Source of the DNA: Candidatus Eiseniibacteriota bacterium
GTDB taxonomy: Bacteria > Eisenbacteria > RBG-16-71-46 > SZUA-252
Length of the DNA: 53,825 nucleotides
Assembly: GCA_038060295.1 (NCBI GenBank)
Contig: JBBTHR010000034.1
Span: 1 to 53,825 of the forward strand
Direction: 5' to 3'
Below, in pieces: positions 25,501-35,577 of the stretch; the first letter of the stretch is position 1, and every line of letters starts with the position of its first letter. Below the pieces are notes generated by a model, which saw only the letters and a list, made by a program, of their open reading frames with translations, was not told the DNA's origin and made no database searches. The position numbers and the translations under genes are program-made.

Positions 25501-26745
25501 CCAGCGCTGAGGCGTCTCCTCGGCCGCGAGAGGCAGGAGCGCCCTCCTCGCCGCGGTCACCGCCCTTCCGATCGACAGTCTCGTCCCCTGCTTCGGCGCG
25601 ACGGCGTCCGCCACGGTCTCCGCCACGACCTCGCTGACGCCGGGCCACGCATCGCGCGTGGCGCCGACATAGGCCACGGCGCCGCCGGGCTTTCGAAGCA
25701 GCGCCTCCGCGAAGCAATCGAAGTCGACCGCGGCGGAGGCGCAATTCGAGGAGACCCAGAGGAAGGCCGAGTCGCCGAACGCCGGCGACGCCACGTCGGC
25801 GAGCGTGATCAGTTCGCTTCCGACGGAGATTTGCGAGCGCGACCCGTGACCGACATGCTGCACGATTCCATGTCCTCGCCCCAGCTGCTGGAGCGCGGCG
25901 GCCTTCGTCAGGAGTTGCGATCCCGGATAGCGGGTCTGGTTTTCGTAGAAGCGGTCGATCGTCGCGCAGGCGGGCGCACGGACGCGAAGCGACTCCCCCT
26001 CCCGCGCGCCGTCGACCTGGACCAACTGTCCGGGAGTCCAGTCGCGCGGGAAAAGCACTTCCGCGAGATAGAGTTGCCTCGAAGCCGCGACGACCGGCGG
26101 CACTCGCCGGTAGCGGAGGAGCTTCGCCACCTGCGTCTCGGCGTCGAGGCGATTCGTGACGGAAAGGCGCCCGACGTCGAGGTCGGGTTCCATGTCGAGG
26201 GAGTCCCCTACCTCTCCGTAGATCCCGTTCCCGTTCCCGTCCCACGTCCCGTCGAGATCGGAGTAATAGGCGTCGGTCGCGATCTCCTCGGTCTCGGAGA
26301 ACTTTACCTGGACGAGGCGAAGCGGAATCGACTCGTGATCGCCCGCCAGAAGCACCCACTCGGTCCCCCAAAGTGTCCGCGCGCGGAGGAGGAAGGAGCG
26401 GATCGCCTGCGCGAGATCGTTGGAGCGCGGGTCGTCGGCCCGCACGGTGGCGAGCGTTCGGACCACCGTCGGGTGACCCGTGCCCGTCTGGAAATCGGCC
26501 AGCGGCTGAAGCGACGCGGCGAGCGAATCGGCGGTGAGGATCACCCCCTCGACCGCGGAGCCGGAAAGCGAGGGGGTCAGCGCGGGCGCGAACGGGGCCG
26601 CCTGCCCGGCCGACTGGACGCTCCGGGCAGGAGCGGGGGCGATGCGGGCGAGCCCTTGGGACGCCCCAGCAAAACCGAGTGCAGCGGCGACGGTTCCGGC
26701 TAGCGCCGCGCGTCCGAGCCCTCGAAAACAGAGGAGGAATCTCAC
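22579..26745 (-). CDS. C25 (gingipain-family) cysteine peptidase with Ig-like, FN3, FG-GAP propeller and FlgD/T9SS-like CTD
   Basis: WVLLAGD, TDAYYSDLDG, DLDVGRL, dyad HVGHGS/SNCAS, LLGDPTL; repeats GDLDGDG..EIV; CTD QNRPNPFNP...WDG...ASGVY. GTG 26745 preferred; ATG 26763 possible. Confidence 0.88.
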   Translation of the reverse strand: MRFLLCFRGLGRAALAGTVAAALGFAGASQGLARIAPAPARSVQSAGQAAPFAPALTPSLSGSAVEGVILTADSLAASLQPLADFQTGTGHPTVVRTLATVRADDPRSNDLAQAIRSFLLRARTLWGTEWVLLAGDHESIPLRLVQVKFSETEEIATDAYYSDLDGTWDGNGNGIYGEVGDSLDMEPDLDVGRLSVTNRLDAETQVAKLLRYRRVPPVVAASRQLYLAEVLFPRDWTPGQLVQVDGAREGESLRVRAPACATIDRFYENQTRYPGSQLLTKAAALQQLGRGHGIVQHVGHGSRSQISVGSELITLADVASPAFGDSAFLWVSSNCASAAVDFDCFAEALLRKPGGAVAYVGATRDAWPGVSEVVAETVADAVAPKQGTRLSIGRAVTAARRALLPLAAEETPQRWGYFETILLGDPTLRVWGCQPETLSVTRPSTVPLGAGGLAVSVSSGGAPVESALVVALKAGEDFRAVYTDAAGQAWVPFLPASVGPFSLTVSGANAIAFEDTLQVGAASAAHFRFASLSNDDSAYGDGDGRADAGERFGFSGTLENTGTGSTGDPVTIEIEALSGGLVVEQGTAALAAIAAGGSAAVPSSLRLLASSSPNAPRSGQVRLIARDASRADTFLIAVEIAAPALLLASSTLADTAPGDGDGIPEAGETSDWSWTIANEGTGAARGVTIRARTPAPGVTLLDSVATVGDVAPGSSAAASAPIRFALAAPVAGRLFDLHLLDTRDHASIVSVARGGLPGAPAGLHVTSSSSSRLSLGWTAAPQTGLLGYHVYRAFDDGSPLVRVTAAPIRAIPEFEDAGLALLRRYRYAVTAVDSSGNEGALSAPIMASTTPPAAIGWPAEFGQPTSSNVCIGDLDGDGRLELVVGADYLYAFHADGTEVRDGDANPVTTGIFSTLLHNIASSPAIADIDLDGTPEIVAASWNDSLVAVFRLDGSLLPGWPKRGAAPFWSSPAIGDIDGDGGPDIVIGSNSSRLYAWHADGTEVRDGDANASTDGILFLPSGTVISSPAIADLDGDNVREIVFGTSGSRVYVMHHDGVMAGWPFLATGAFSSSPAIGDVVAGGAREIVMASTNDSVYVLTAAGSRAPGWPQPLELTTGNGRAPSAALARLRSNLGDPTLHVVIAGADGSVRAYDPSGALLAGFASLSFGAATEASPAVADLDGDGVPEILVAAEDRRLYAYGSDGTAVSGFPIEIGAEARSTPAVWDLDGDGATEIALAGWDRKLHVWRYPGFFSPLGAPWPMWRHDNWHTGLMTFPILTHADPPPAPAPAPAPPARPWLGQNRPNPFNPSTVIGFAVPGPERAEVRLRVFDVAGRLVATLVSRRLDPGYHEVRWDGRSDRGGTLASGVYLLRAEIGPATLSRKLALIR

Positions 26746-26839
26746 GGAATCGATTGTACCCATGCTGGTTAACGAGGTGATTCGTGGGCCAAAGCCGGGC
26801 TGCGACTTCCCACTAGTCTACTCCTCGCGCCGGCGCGAC

Positions 26840-28417
26840 TCAACGCTCCGCGAGTTTGGGATGAAGGCGGTCCCAGGTCGCCCAGTCGATGGCGTAGACC
26901 GAATAGACCCACTCCCCCGGCCTCGTGATGCCGAGGTTGGAAATCGCGCGGGCGAAGAGGAAGCGGTAGGGGTTGTCGGGCTCCGGCGTCGCCGTCAGTC
27001 GCGCCTCGGTTCTCGCGCGGTCGACCAAGTAGTCGGGGCGGGCAATCCCCTCGAATCGGAGATCGAGGACGACGCGATCGTAACCCTCGCGGACCGAGAT
27101 CGGCCCCATGGGGGGGGTCACGAGTCCGTAGAGATCGAGCACGGGGCGGTCGCTGTAGTACCCGAACGCGCCGATGTCGGCCACGGCGAAGAGGGTCCGC
27201 GGCGGAGTGTTCTCGCGGGCCCAGAGGCCGATGCCGCCGAGCGAGGCGAGGAGCCCCCTCGTGTGTTCCCGGGCCGAGGGGGCGCTCACGCGAAAGGTGA
27301 CGTACAGGCCCTCGGCGGCGTGGAGCGTGACGAAGAGGATGGCAGCGACTCCGGCGGCGCGCGCCCGGGAGACGGAACTCCCGGTCAGATGCCGGAGCGA
27401 GGCCACGCCGAGCAGGAGAACGCACGGCGTCGCCACGATCAGATAGCGCGAGACGACCTGGACCCCGCTCAGCGCGAGGAACGCGACCAGCGCCAGCGGC
27501 CAGAGCGCCACGAGGAGCCAGAAGGCGCGCCGTCCGGAAGCGAGGCGTCCGAGGCGCTCTCCGCCACCCAGCGCAAGCACCACGACCGCCACCGCGATCG
27601 GAATCAGTTCCGCGGCGAGGACGATGCGGATCGAATCGCGCAGCGCCGCGATCGCCCGTTCGAGATCGAGCCAGGCCCCGGCCTTGGCGCCGCTCGTGTT
27701 CGGCAGGAGGCGATGGAAGAGAAACCACGCGGTGACGAGCCACGCGCCGTAGGGAATCGCGAAGCCCGCCGAGAACGATCCGACGCGCCGGGCGCGCGGC
27801 GCGCGCGAGTCGCCCGCTTCCCCCTTCGCGAGCGCGAGGGCCGCGCCCGCCATGGCCGCGAGGAGGAGCGCTTCCGGCCGTGCCAGCGCGGCGCCGGCCA
27901 GCGCGGCGCCGGCGGGCCAGGCGGATCGCCCATCGAGGAGCGCGGCCGCGAGGGCCTCGAGCGAGACCAGCACCAGGAAGAACGCCAGCGGCGTTTCCAT
28001 CCCAGAGACCGCCCAGCGCGTCGACCAGGCGTGGAACGCCGCGAGCGCCGCGAGGATCAGCCCCGCGCGCGCGTCCCATCCGAGCCGGCGCGCCACTCTC
28101 CCGCACCAGATCACGGCGAGCGCCGTGAAGAGCGCGCCCCACGCCTTGGAGATCCACCCGAGGAGCGGCATGACGGACGTGGAGTCGGGCGTGGCCGCGG
28201 CGCCCGGAACGAAAAGTCCCGCCGCCGCGAGGAGGAGAACCCAGAGCGGGCTCGTCGCCCCGTAGGTCGGCTCCCCGGCATTGAAGGCGAAACCCTCCCC
28301 GCGCAGGAGGTGCTTCGCGAATTGAAAGTGGATGAAGCTGTCGTCGGTCAGGTAGGCGGCGTACGGGATCAGGAGCGCCAGCGCGATCAGGAGGACGGCG
28401 GCGCGCGCGAGTCTCAT
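26840..28417 (-). CDS. Polytopic membrane protein, GT-C-type glycosyltransferase-like
   Basis: [14 protein letters not shown]...[32 protein letters not shown]...DLYGL; ATG overlaps the tkt stop. Confidence 0.72.
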   Translation of the reverse strand: MRLARAAVLLIALALLIPYAAYLTDDSFIHFQFAKHLLRGEGFAFNAGEPTYGATSPLWVLLLAAAGLFVPGAAATPDSTSVMPLLGWISKAWGALFTALAVIWCGRVARRLGWDARAGLILAALAAFHAWSTRWAVSGMETPLAFFLVLVSLEALAAALLDGRSAWPAGAALAGAALARPEALLLAAMAGAALALAKGEAGDSRAPRARRVGSFSAGFAIPYGAWLVTAWFLFHRLLPNTSGAKAGAWLDLERAIAALRDSIRIVLAAELIPIAVAVVVLALGGGERLGRLASGRRAFWLLVALWPLALVAFLALSGVQVVSRYLIVATPCVLLLGVASLRHLTGSSVSRARAAGVAAILFVTLHAAEGLYVTFRVSAPSAREHTRGLLASLGGIGLWARENTPPRTLFAVADIGAFGYYSDRPVLDLYGLVTPPMGPISVREGYDRVVLDLRFEGIARPDYLVDRARTEARLTATPEPDNPYRFLFARAISNLGITRPGEWVYSVYAIDWATWDRLHPKLAER

Positions 28418-30447
28418 CCTCGGCGGAGCCACCCCGAGACGCGTTCGGCCACCGCCGCCGGCGTGAGCGCGAATTTCTCGGCCAGGACTTCCGCCGGAGC
28501 CGAGGCGCCGAAGCGGCCGATCCCGATGCGGAGAGCGTCGCGACCGACCGTGGCGCACCAGAGATCGGTCTTCGCCGCCTCGATCACGGCGATCGGGCCG
28601 CCCGGCGGGAGGACCTCGTCGCGATAGTCGGCGGACTGGAGTTCGAAGCGCTCCACGCACGGAACGGAGACGACACGCGCGAGAATGCCGCGCTCCTGGA
28701 GGAGCGCTCTCGCCTCCAGCGCCAGCGGTGTCTCCGATCCCGACGCGACCAGCGTGACGTGCGACGCGCGGTCCGCGGTGTCCGCCGCGACATAGCCGCC
28801 CCGCCGGATCTCGGAGCGATCGAACGACGCCGGTCGCGGGATCGGCGCGAGCCTCTGCCGCGTCAGGACGAGCGCCGTCGGCGCCTTGTCGCGCCGAATC
28901 GCCTCCGCCCACGCGACGGCCGTCTCCAGCCCGTCCGCCGGCCGCCAGACCTCGAGATCGGGGATGAGGCGGAGCGCCCCCAGGTGCTCGATCGGCTGGT
29001 GCGTCGGGCCGTCCTCGCCCAGGAAGACGCTGTCGTGCGTGAAGACGTAGATGGCGCGAAGGCGAGAGAGCGCCGCCAGCCGCATCGCCGGACGCATGTA
29101 GTCGGAGAAGACGAGGAAGGTGCCGCCGAAGGGGATCCACGCGCCGTAGAGTCCGAGACCGTTCAGGATCGAGCCCATGGCGTGCTCGCGGACGCCGAAG
29201 TGGAGCGTCTTCCCCGCGAACGACATCGGCGCCCCCGCCTTCAGCCCTTCGGGAGCGACGTCGCCGCCGCCCTTGATGTCGGTGACGTTGGAGGGACCGA
29301 GGTCGGCCGACCCGCCGATCAGCGACGGGATCGCCGCGGCCGCGACCTGGATCATCCGCCCCGACCACGACCGCGTGGCGAGCCCCTCGCCGCTCGACGC
29401 CTCCGCCGCAAACATCGCCTCGAGATCGTCCGGCACGGCCCGGGCCCAGAGCGAATCCCACCGCGCGGCTTCCTCGGGCTCCGCGCGACGCGCCTCCTCG
29501 AAGCGGGCGCGCCATGCCGCGGCGGCCGCGCGCTTCGCGCTCGCCAGCGCCGCGAAGTGCGCCCGGGCCTCCGCTGGAACGTGGAAGGTTGGTTCCAGGG
29601 GCCACCCCGCGGCCTCCTTGGCGCGCTTCGTTTCGTCGGCGCCGAGCGGCTCGCCGTGCGTCTTCGCCGTCCCCTCCTTGCCGGGAGCGCCCTTACCGAT
29701 CGTGGTCCGCGCCAGGATGAGCGACGGGCGCCCCGTCTCGGCGATCGCCGCGTCGAGGGCCGCCGACACCGCCGCCCGGTCGTGCCCGTCGACGTGAATC
29801 GTCTGCCAGCCGTACGCCTCGAACCGGCGTCCGACGTCCTCGCTCCAGGCGAGCGTCGTGGGACCCTCGATCGAGATTCGGTTGTCGTCGTAGAGAAAGA
29901 CGAGGTTACCCAGATTCCAGTGTCCGGCCAGGGCGGCCGCTTCCGCGCTGACTCCCTCCATCAGATCGCCGTCGCTCACGAGCGCGAAGACGCGATGATC
30001 GAGGAGCCGGCCGAGGGCCGGGAATCGCGCCTGTGCCAGGCGCTGCCCCAGTCCCATGCCGACCGCGTTGGCGAACCCCTGCCCCAGCGGCCCCGTCGTC
30101 GCCTCGACGCCGGGCGTGTGGCCGACTTCGGGGTGCCCGGGCGTGCGGGAGTCCCACTGACGGAAGCGGCGGATCTCTTCCATCGGCAGCCCGCACTCGA
30201 AGAGGTGGAGGAGCGAATAGAGGAGCATCGACGCGTGTCCCGCCGAGAGAACGAACCGGTCGCGGTTCACCCACGCCGGATCGTCGGGATCGAACCGCAG
30301 ATGGCGGGACCAGAGCGCGTACGTCGCGTCGGCGGCCCCCATCGGCGCCCCCGGATGTCCGGAGCGGGCCTGTTCCACGGCGTCCACGCTGAGGAACTTG
30401 ATCGTCTGGACGGCCAGGAGGTCGAGGTCGAGGGAGGTGGCGGGCAT
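28414..30447 (-). CDS. tkt: Transketolase
   Basis: [56 protein letters not shown]. Confidence 0.97.
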   Translation of the reverse strand: MPATSLDLDLLAVQTIKFLSVDAVEQARSGHPGAPMGAADATYALWSRHLRFDPDDPAWVNRDRFVLSAGHASMLLYSLLHLFECGLPMEEIRRFRQWDSRTPGHPEVGHTPGVEATTGPLGQGFANAVGMGLGQRLAQARFPALGRLLDHRVFALVSDGDLMEGVSAEAAALAGHWNLGNLVFLYDDNRISIEGPTTLAWSEDVGRRFEAYGWQTIHVDGHDRAAVSAALDAAIAETGRPSLILARTTIGKGAPGKEGTAKTHGEPLGADETKRAKEAAGWPLEPTFHVPAEARAHFAALASAKRAAAAAWRARFEEARRAEPEEAARWDSLWARAVPDDLEAMFAAEASSGEGLATRSWSGRMIQVAAAAIPSLIGGSADLGPSNVTDIKGGGDVAPEGLKAGAPMSFAGKTLHFGVREHAMGSILNGLGLYGAWIPFGGTFLVFSDYMRPAMRLAALSRLRAIYVFTHDSVFLGEDGPTHQPIEHLGALRLIPDLEVWRPADGLETAVAWAEAIRRDKAPTALVLTRQRLAPIPRPASFDRSEIRRGGYVAADTADRASHVTLVASGSETPLALEARALLQERGILARVVSVPCVERFELQSADYRDEVLPPGGPIAVIEAAKTDLWCATVGRDALRIGIGRFGASAPAEVLAEKFALTPAAVAERVSGWLRRG

Positions 30448-30578
30448 CGGCTCCTCTGGATGGCGGAATGGACGGCGATCGCGTCGTGGCCGGAGCGGCG
30501 GGCCGGTTGTCGGTGTATCATATCGCGGTTCCGGTTGCACTCACTTCGCCGGGGGAAGTCCCCCAGGGAGAAATTCGA

Positions 30579-32048
30579 ATGATCCGTTCACGCAGGACAG
30601 GAGTTCTGCTCGTCACGTTGGCGGCGCTCGCCGCCGCCGCGCTCTGGACCGGGTCCGGCTGCGCCGTCAACCCGGCGACCGGAAAGCGCCAGATCAATCT
30701 CGTCTCCACCGGCCGCGAGGTCGAGATGGGTCGCGAGGCCGATCCAGCCATCGTCGCCGAATTCGGACTCTACGGCGACGCCTCCACGCAGTCGTACGTC
30801 GACTCCATCGGCCAGAAGCTCGCGCGCGTGTCGCACCTGCCGAATCTCAAGTGGACCTTCCGCGTCCTCGACTCTCCGGTGGTGAACGCGTTCGCCCTTC
30901 CCGGCGGTTACATCTACATCACGCGCGGGATCATGGCGTACGTGAACTCCGAGAGCCAACTGGCCGGAATCCTGGGACACGAGATCGGACACGTGACCGC
31001 GCGCCACAGCGCGCAGCAGATGACGCAGCAGCAGATCGCCGGCATCGGGCTTTTGGCCGGCGCGATCTTCGTGGACGCCTTCCGCCCCTACAGCGGGCTC
31101 GCGCAGCAGGGGCTGGGGCTCCTCTTCCTCAAGTACAGCCGCGACCACGAGACGCAGGCCGACGAGCTGGGGATTCAGTACTCGCTCCGCTCGGGGTACG
31201 ATCCGCGGACGATCCCCGCGACCTACGCGACCCTGAAACGGATCAGCGAGCGCACCGGAAGCACCCTGCCCAACTTCCTCTCGACCCACCCCGATCCGGG
31301 CGATCGCGAGGTGCGGACGACGCAGCTGGCTCAGGCCGCCGCCGGCGGCGCGCCCCGCGGCCTGGCGATCGGCGACGCGGTCTACCGCAAGCGGGTGGAG
31401 GGAATCGTCTACGGCGACGATCCGCGGCAGGGGTACTTCGAGGGGAACCGCTTCTATCACCCGGAGATGGGATTCCAGCTCATCTTCCCGGACGGCTGGA
31501 AGACCGAGAATCAGCCCTCCGCCGTGGTGGCGCAGAGCTCCTCGGGGGCGATGCAGCTCCGCCTCGGCACCATCCGCGACACGACGGTCACGCCGACGCA
31601 ATTCGTCGATTCCCTGCGGGCCCACGGCGCCATCGTGGCCGCGTCGGGACACGCGGAGCCGTTCCGCGACTATCCGGCGTGGGTCGGGACCGTGACGGCA
31701 GCGGCCGAGGGGGGACAGCAGAACTACGCGGCGGGTTACGTCCAAATTCGCGGCGGGCAGTTCCTGGAGGTTTACGGACGGGGGAGCGACCAGGTCTCCA
31801 TCGATCAGGTCTACGCCTCGATCCGGAGCATCGCCGCGCTTCGCGATCCGGCGAAACTGAACGTGGAGGCGAACCGGCTCTCCATCAAGCCGGCGAAGCG
31901 CGGCGCCGCGTTCGCCACCGTCTGGGCTGATTTTCCCAATCAGGCGATCGGGCTCGAGGATGCCGCGATCCTGAACGGCGCGCGGTCGACGACGCCCTAT
32001 GCCCTGGGCGCGCCCGTGAAGATCGTGCCGAAGAATCCCCGTGGCTAG
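30579..32048 (+). CDS. M48 family metalloprotease lipoprotein (BepA/YfgC-like)
   Basis: Lipobox GSGC, NAFALPGG, HEIGH, YSRDHETQAD, STHP. Confidence 0.92.
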   Translation: MIRSRRTGVLLVTLAALAAAALWTGSGCAVNPATGKRQINLVSTGREVEMGREADPAIVAEFGLYGDASTQSYVDSIGQKLARVSHLPNLKWTFRVLDSPVVNAFALPGGYIYITRGIMAYVNSESQLAGILGHEIGHVTARHSAQQMTQQQIAGIGLLAGAIFVDAFRPYSGLAQQGLGLLFLKYSRDHETQADELGIQYSLRSGYDPRTIPATYATLKRISERTGSTLPNFLSTHPDPGDREVRTTQLAQAAAGGAPRGLAIGDAVYRKRVEGIVYGDDPRQGYFEGNRFYHPEMGFQLIFPDGWKTENQPSAVVAQSSSGAMQLRLGTIRDTTVTPTQFVDSLRAHGAIVAASGHAEPFRDYPAWVGTVTAAAEGGQQNYAAGYVQIRGGQFLEVYGRGSDQVSIDQVYASIRSIAALRDPAKLNVEANRLSIKPAKRGAAFATVWADFPNQAIGLEDAAILNGARSTTPYALGAPVKIVPKNPRG

Positions 32049-32668
32049 AAGCCGAAGTGGTTCCAGCCCAGCGCCGCGCCCGCGGCGATCAGGACATCCT
32101 TGGGGAGCCGCCCCACCAGCACCGCCAGCGTGAACGGACCCCACGCCATCCCGACGATTCCGGAAACGAAGCAGAGCGCGTCGGCCGGCGAGAAGGGGAT
32201 GAGAAAGATGACGGCCAGGGCGACCCAGCGCTTTCCCTGGAGAAGGTCATGCGCCTTGTCGAGCGCGGGCTTGCCGATCCAGCGCTCGGCCACGACGCGC
32301 CCCGCGAGCCTTCCGATCCAGTAGGCCACCGCCGATCCGACCAGCGTTCCGCCCATCGTGAGGAGCGGGCCCACCACCGGACCGTAGAACACGCCGGCCA
32401 GGATCGGCACGAAGACGCCTGGAATCGGCGCCGCCAGGATCTGCACCGCCTGCATGCCGAGGAGCACGAGCGGTCCCCACGCTCCGGCGGCCTTGACCCA
32501 CGACGCGAGGTGCTCGCGCGTGAAGATCGGCGCGGCCCACCGCGCGAAGAGAACGGTCGCCACGACGAGAACGACGACCGCGGCCCCCAGGAGCCACCAA
32601 CGAAGCCGCTTCGGCGCGCCATTCGGCGCGATCGTTGGCGGCGTTTCATCGTGCGACTCCGGTTCCAT
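32045..32668 (-). CDS. TVP38/TMEM64 (VTT domain) membrane protein
   Basis: QILAAPIPG, AYWIGR, FLIPFSPADALCFVSG, GRLP. Confidence 0.85.
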   Translation of the reverse strand: MEPESHDETPPTIAPNGAPKRLRWWLLGAAVVVLVVATVLFARWAAPIFTREHLASWVKAAGAWGPLVLLGMQAVQILAAPIPGVFVPILAGVFYGPVVGPLLTMGGTLVGSAVAYWIGRLAGRVVAERWIGKPALDKAHDLLQGKRWVALAVIFLIPFSPADALCFVSGIVGMAWGPFTLAVLVGRLPKDVLIAAGAALGWNHFGF

Positions 32669-32826
32669 GCGGCCGGACTCTACGCGATGCGCCGCGCCAT
32701 GGCAGCCGAAATCGGGCGGGTCCCGAGCCTGTTTCGTCCGCGACGCGCATGCCGTATGATCGTCGCGCGAATCTCGCTGTTCCCCCCGCCCGCGCGGTCG
32801 GGCCGCGCGGCTGACGGAGACCATCC

Positions 32827-35577
32827 ATGACCGAGCCATTCGGCGCTCGCGGCACGCTTCGTGTCGGCGGGCGCGACGTGACCATCTACCGCCTCGACGC
32901 CGTCGCCAGGGCCGGCCATGCGATCGACCGCCTGCCCTTCTCCCTGAAGATCCTCCTCGAGAACCTGCTCCGAACGATGGACGGACGCACCGTGCGCGCC
33001 GAGGACGTCGAGGCGGTCGCTTGCTGGAACCCCACGGCGGAACCGAATCGAGAGATCGCGTTCACGCCGAGCCGGGTTCTGCTCCAGGACTTCACCGGGG
33101 TGCCGGCCGTCGTCGACCTCGCCGCGATGCGCGACGCGATGGCGGCGTTCGGCGGCGACCCGTCGAAGATCAATCCGCTCCAGCCGGCCGAACTCGTCAT
33201 CGACCACTCGGTCCAGGTGGACGAATACGGCTCCGCCGCCGCGCTCCTCCTGAACTCGAACAAGGAGTTCGAGCGGAACCGCGAGCGCTATCTCTTCCTT
33301 CGCTGGGGCCAGCGCGCGTTCCGGAATTTCCGCGTCGTCCCCCCCGCGACCGGCATCGTCCATCAGGTGAACCTCGAGTACCTGGCGCGCGTCGTCTTCC
33401 TCACCGAGGGAGACCCGCCGGTCGCCTACCCCGATACCCTGATCGGAACGGATTCGCACACGACCATGATCAACGGGCTCGGCGTCCTCGGCTGGGGCGT
33501 CGGTGGCATCGAGGCCGAGGCGGCCCTCCTGGGCCAGCCGGTCTCCATGCTGGTGCCGCAGGTGGTCGGCTTCCGGCTGAGCGGGCAGCTGCGCGAGGGC
33601 GCGACCGCGACCGATCTGGTCCTCACCGTCACGGAGATGCTCCGGAAGAAGGGCGTCGTGGGCAAGTTCGTGGAGTTCTTCGGCCCGGGCCTCGGGACCT
33701 TGCCGGTGGCCGACCGCGCGACGATCGCGAACATGGCTCCCGAGTACGGCGCCACGTGCGGCATCTTCCCCATCGACGCCGAGACGCTTCGCTACCTCCG
33801 CTTCAGCGGGCGTTCCGACGAGCATGTCGCGCTGATCGAGGCGTACGCGAAGGAGCAGGGGCTCTTCCACGCTCCCGGGACTCCGGAGGCGACCTACACC
33901 GAAACGCTGGGGCTCGATCTCGGCCAGGTGGAGCCGAGCGTCGCCGGACCGAAGCGCCCGCAAGACCGGCTGCCGCTCGGCCGGGTGAAGTCGAACTTCG
34001 CGGAATCGCTTTCGGGACTGAAGGCGACGCCGAAGGCCGCGCCGGCCGCCGATCCGGGCGGACGCTGGGAGAACGAGGGAGGCGACGGCAACGTCGCCGC
34101 CATGGCTCCCCCGGTGACGATGAAGGGAGAGTCGTTCACGCTTCACGACGGCTCCGTGGTCATCGCCGCGATCACCTCCTGCACGAACACCTCGAATCCC
34201 TCCGTCATGGTGGCCGCCGGTCTCGTCGCGAAGCGCGCCGTGGAGCGGGGGCTCAAGACGAAGCCGTGGGTCAAGACGAGCCTCGCCCCCGGGTCGAAGG
34301 TCGTCACCGAGTATCTGAAGCTCGCGGGCCTCACGGCCCCGTTGGAGTCGCTCGGCTTCCACACGGTCGGGTACGGATGCACGACCTGCATCGGGAACAG
34401 CGGTCCGCTGCCGGAGCCGGTCGCCAAGGCGCTCGAGGGCTCGGGGCTGGTCGTGGCGGCGGTCCTGAGCGGCAACCGGAACTTCGAGGGGCGCGTTCAT
34501 CCCGATGTCCGCGCGAACTATCTCGCCTCTCCCCCGCTGGTGGTCGCCTACGCGCTGGCGGGCCGCGTCGACATCGATCTCACCACCGAGCCGCTCGGCA
34601 TCGGATCGGACGGAAAGCCGGTCACGCTCCGGGATCTCTGGCCGACGCAGCGGGAGATCCACGACACGATCGAGAAGGCCGTTCGCTCGGAGACCTTCCG
34701 CGCGACCTATCGCGACGTCTACACCGGCGACGAGGCGTGGCGCGCGCTGCCGATCCCCGAGGGGGACCGCTACGCCTGGGAGCCCGGTTCCACCTACGTG
34801 AAGCGTCCTCCCTACTTCGACGGGATGCCGACCACGCCCGCCCCGGTCGCGGATCTCGCGAACGCGCGGGCGCTCGCGATCTTCGGCGACAGCGTGACGA
34901 CCGACCACATCTCCCCCGCCGGCTCCATCAAGCGCGGGAGCCCCGCGGCGAAGTATCTGGAATCCGAAGGGGTGGCCCCCGCCGACTACAACTCCTACGG
35001 ATCGCGCCGCGGAAATCACGAGGTGATGGTTCGCGGCACGTTCGCCAACGTCCGGATCCGGAACAAGATGGTGCCCGGCGTCGAGGGGGGCTTCACGGCG
35101 CACCAGCCCACGGGCGAATCGATGACCATCTACGACGCCGCCATGCGTTACGAGGGCGAAGGGACGCCGACGATCGTCCTGGCCGGTAAGGAATACGGCT
35201 CCGGCTCCTCGCGCGACTGGGCGGCCAAGGGGCCGAAGCTCCTCGGCGTGCGCGCCGTGATCGCGGAGTCGTTCGAGCGGATCCACCGGAGCAACCTGAT
35301 CGGGATGGGGATTCTTCCGCTCCAGTTCCTGCCGGGGGACTCGGCCGACTCGCTCGGACTCGCCGGGACGGAGCGCTTCCACGTCGACGGAGTCGCCGCG
35401 GCGGTCGCCGGCGGCGCGACGCGCGCGTCGGAGGTCACCGTCCGCGTGGAGGGGGGCCGCACCGCCGCGTTCCGGACGCTCGTTCGCCTCGACACGCCGC
35501 AGGAGGTCCGCTACTACGAGCATGGCGGAATTCTTCCGTACGTGCTTCGCCGTCTCCTCGGAGGCGCCGGCGTGTGA
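32827..35577 (+). CDS. acnA: Aconitate hydratase A
   Basis: [58 protein letters not shown]. Confidence 0.98.
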   Translation: MTEPFGARGTLRVGGRDVTIYRLDAVARAGHAIDRLPFSLKILLENLLRTMDGRTVRAEDVEAVACWNPTAEPNREIAFTPSRVLLQDFTGVPAVVDLAAMRDAMAAFGGDPSKINPLQPAELVIDHSVQVDEYGSAAALLLNSNKEFERNRERYLFLRWGQRAFRNFRVVPPATGIVHQVNLEYLARVVFLTEGDPPVAYPDTLIGTDSHTTMINGLGVLGWGVGGIEAEAALLGQPVSMLVPQVVGFRLSGQLREGATATDLVLTVTEMLRKKGVVGKFVEFFGPGLGTLPVADRATIANMAPEYGATCGIFPIDAETLRYLRFSGRSDEHVALIEAYAKEQGLFHAPGTPEATYTETLGLDLGQVEPSVAGPKRPQDRLPLGRVKSNFAESLSGLKATPKAAPAADPGGRWENEGGDGNVAAMAPPVTMKGESFTLHDGSVVIAAITSCTNTSNPSVMVAAGLVAKRAVERGLKTKPWVKTSLAPGSKVVTEYLKLAGLTAPLESLGFHTVGYGCTTCIGNSGPLPEPVAKALEGSGLVVAAVLSGNRNFEGRVHPDVRANYLASPPLVVAYALAGRVDIDLTTEPLGIGSDGKPVTLRDLWPTQREIHDTIEKAVRSETFRATYRDVYTGDEAWRALPIPEGDRYAWEPGSTYVKRPPYFDGMPTTPAPVADLANARALAIFGDSVTTDHISPAGSIKRGSPAAKYLESEGVAPADYNSYGSRRGNHEVMVRGTFANVRIRNKMVPGVEGGFTAHQPTGESMTIYDAAMRYEGEGTPTIVLAGKEYGSGSSRDWAAKGPKLLGVRAVIAESFERIHRSNLIGMGILPLQFLPGDSADSLGLAGTERFHVDGVAAAVAGGATRASEVTVRVEGGRTAAFRTLVRLDTPQEVRYYEHGGILPYVLRRLLGGAGV

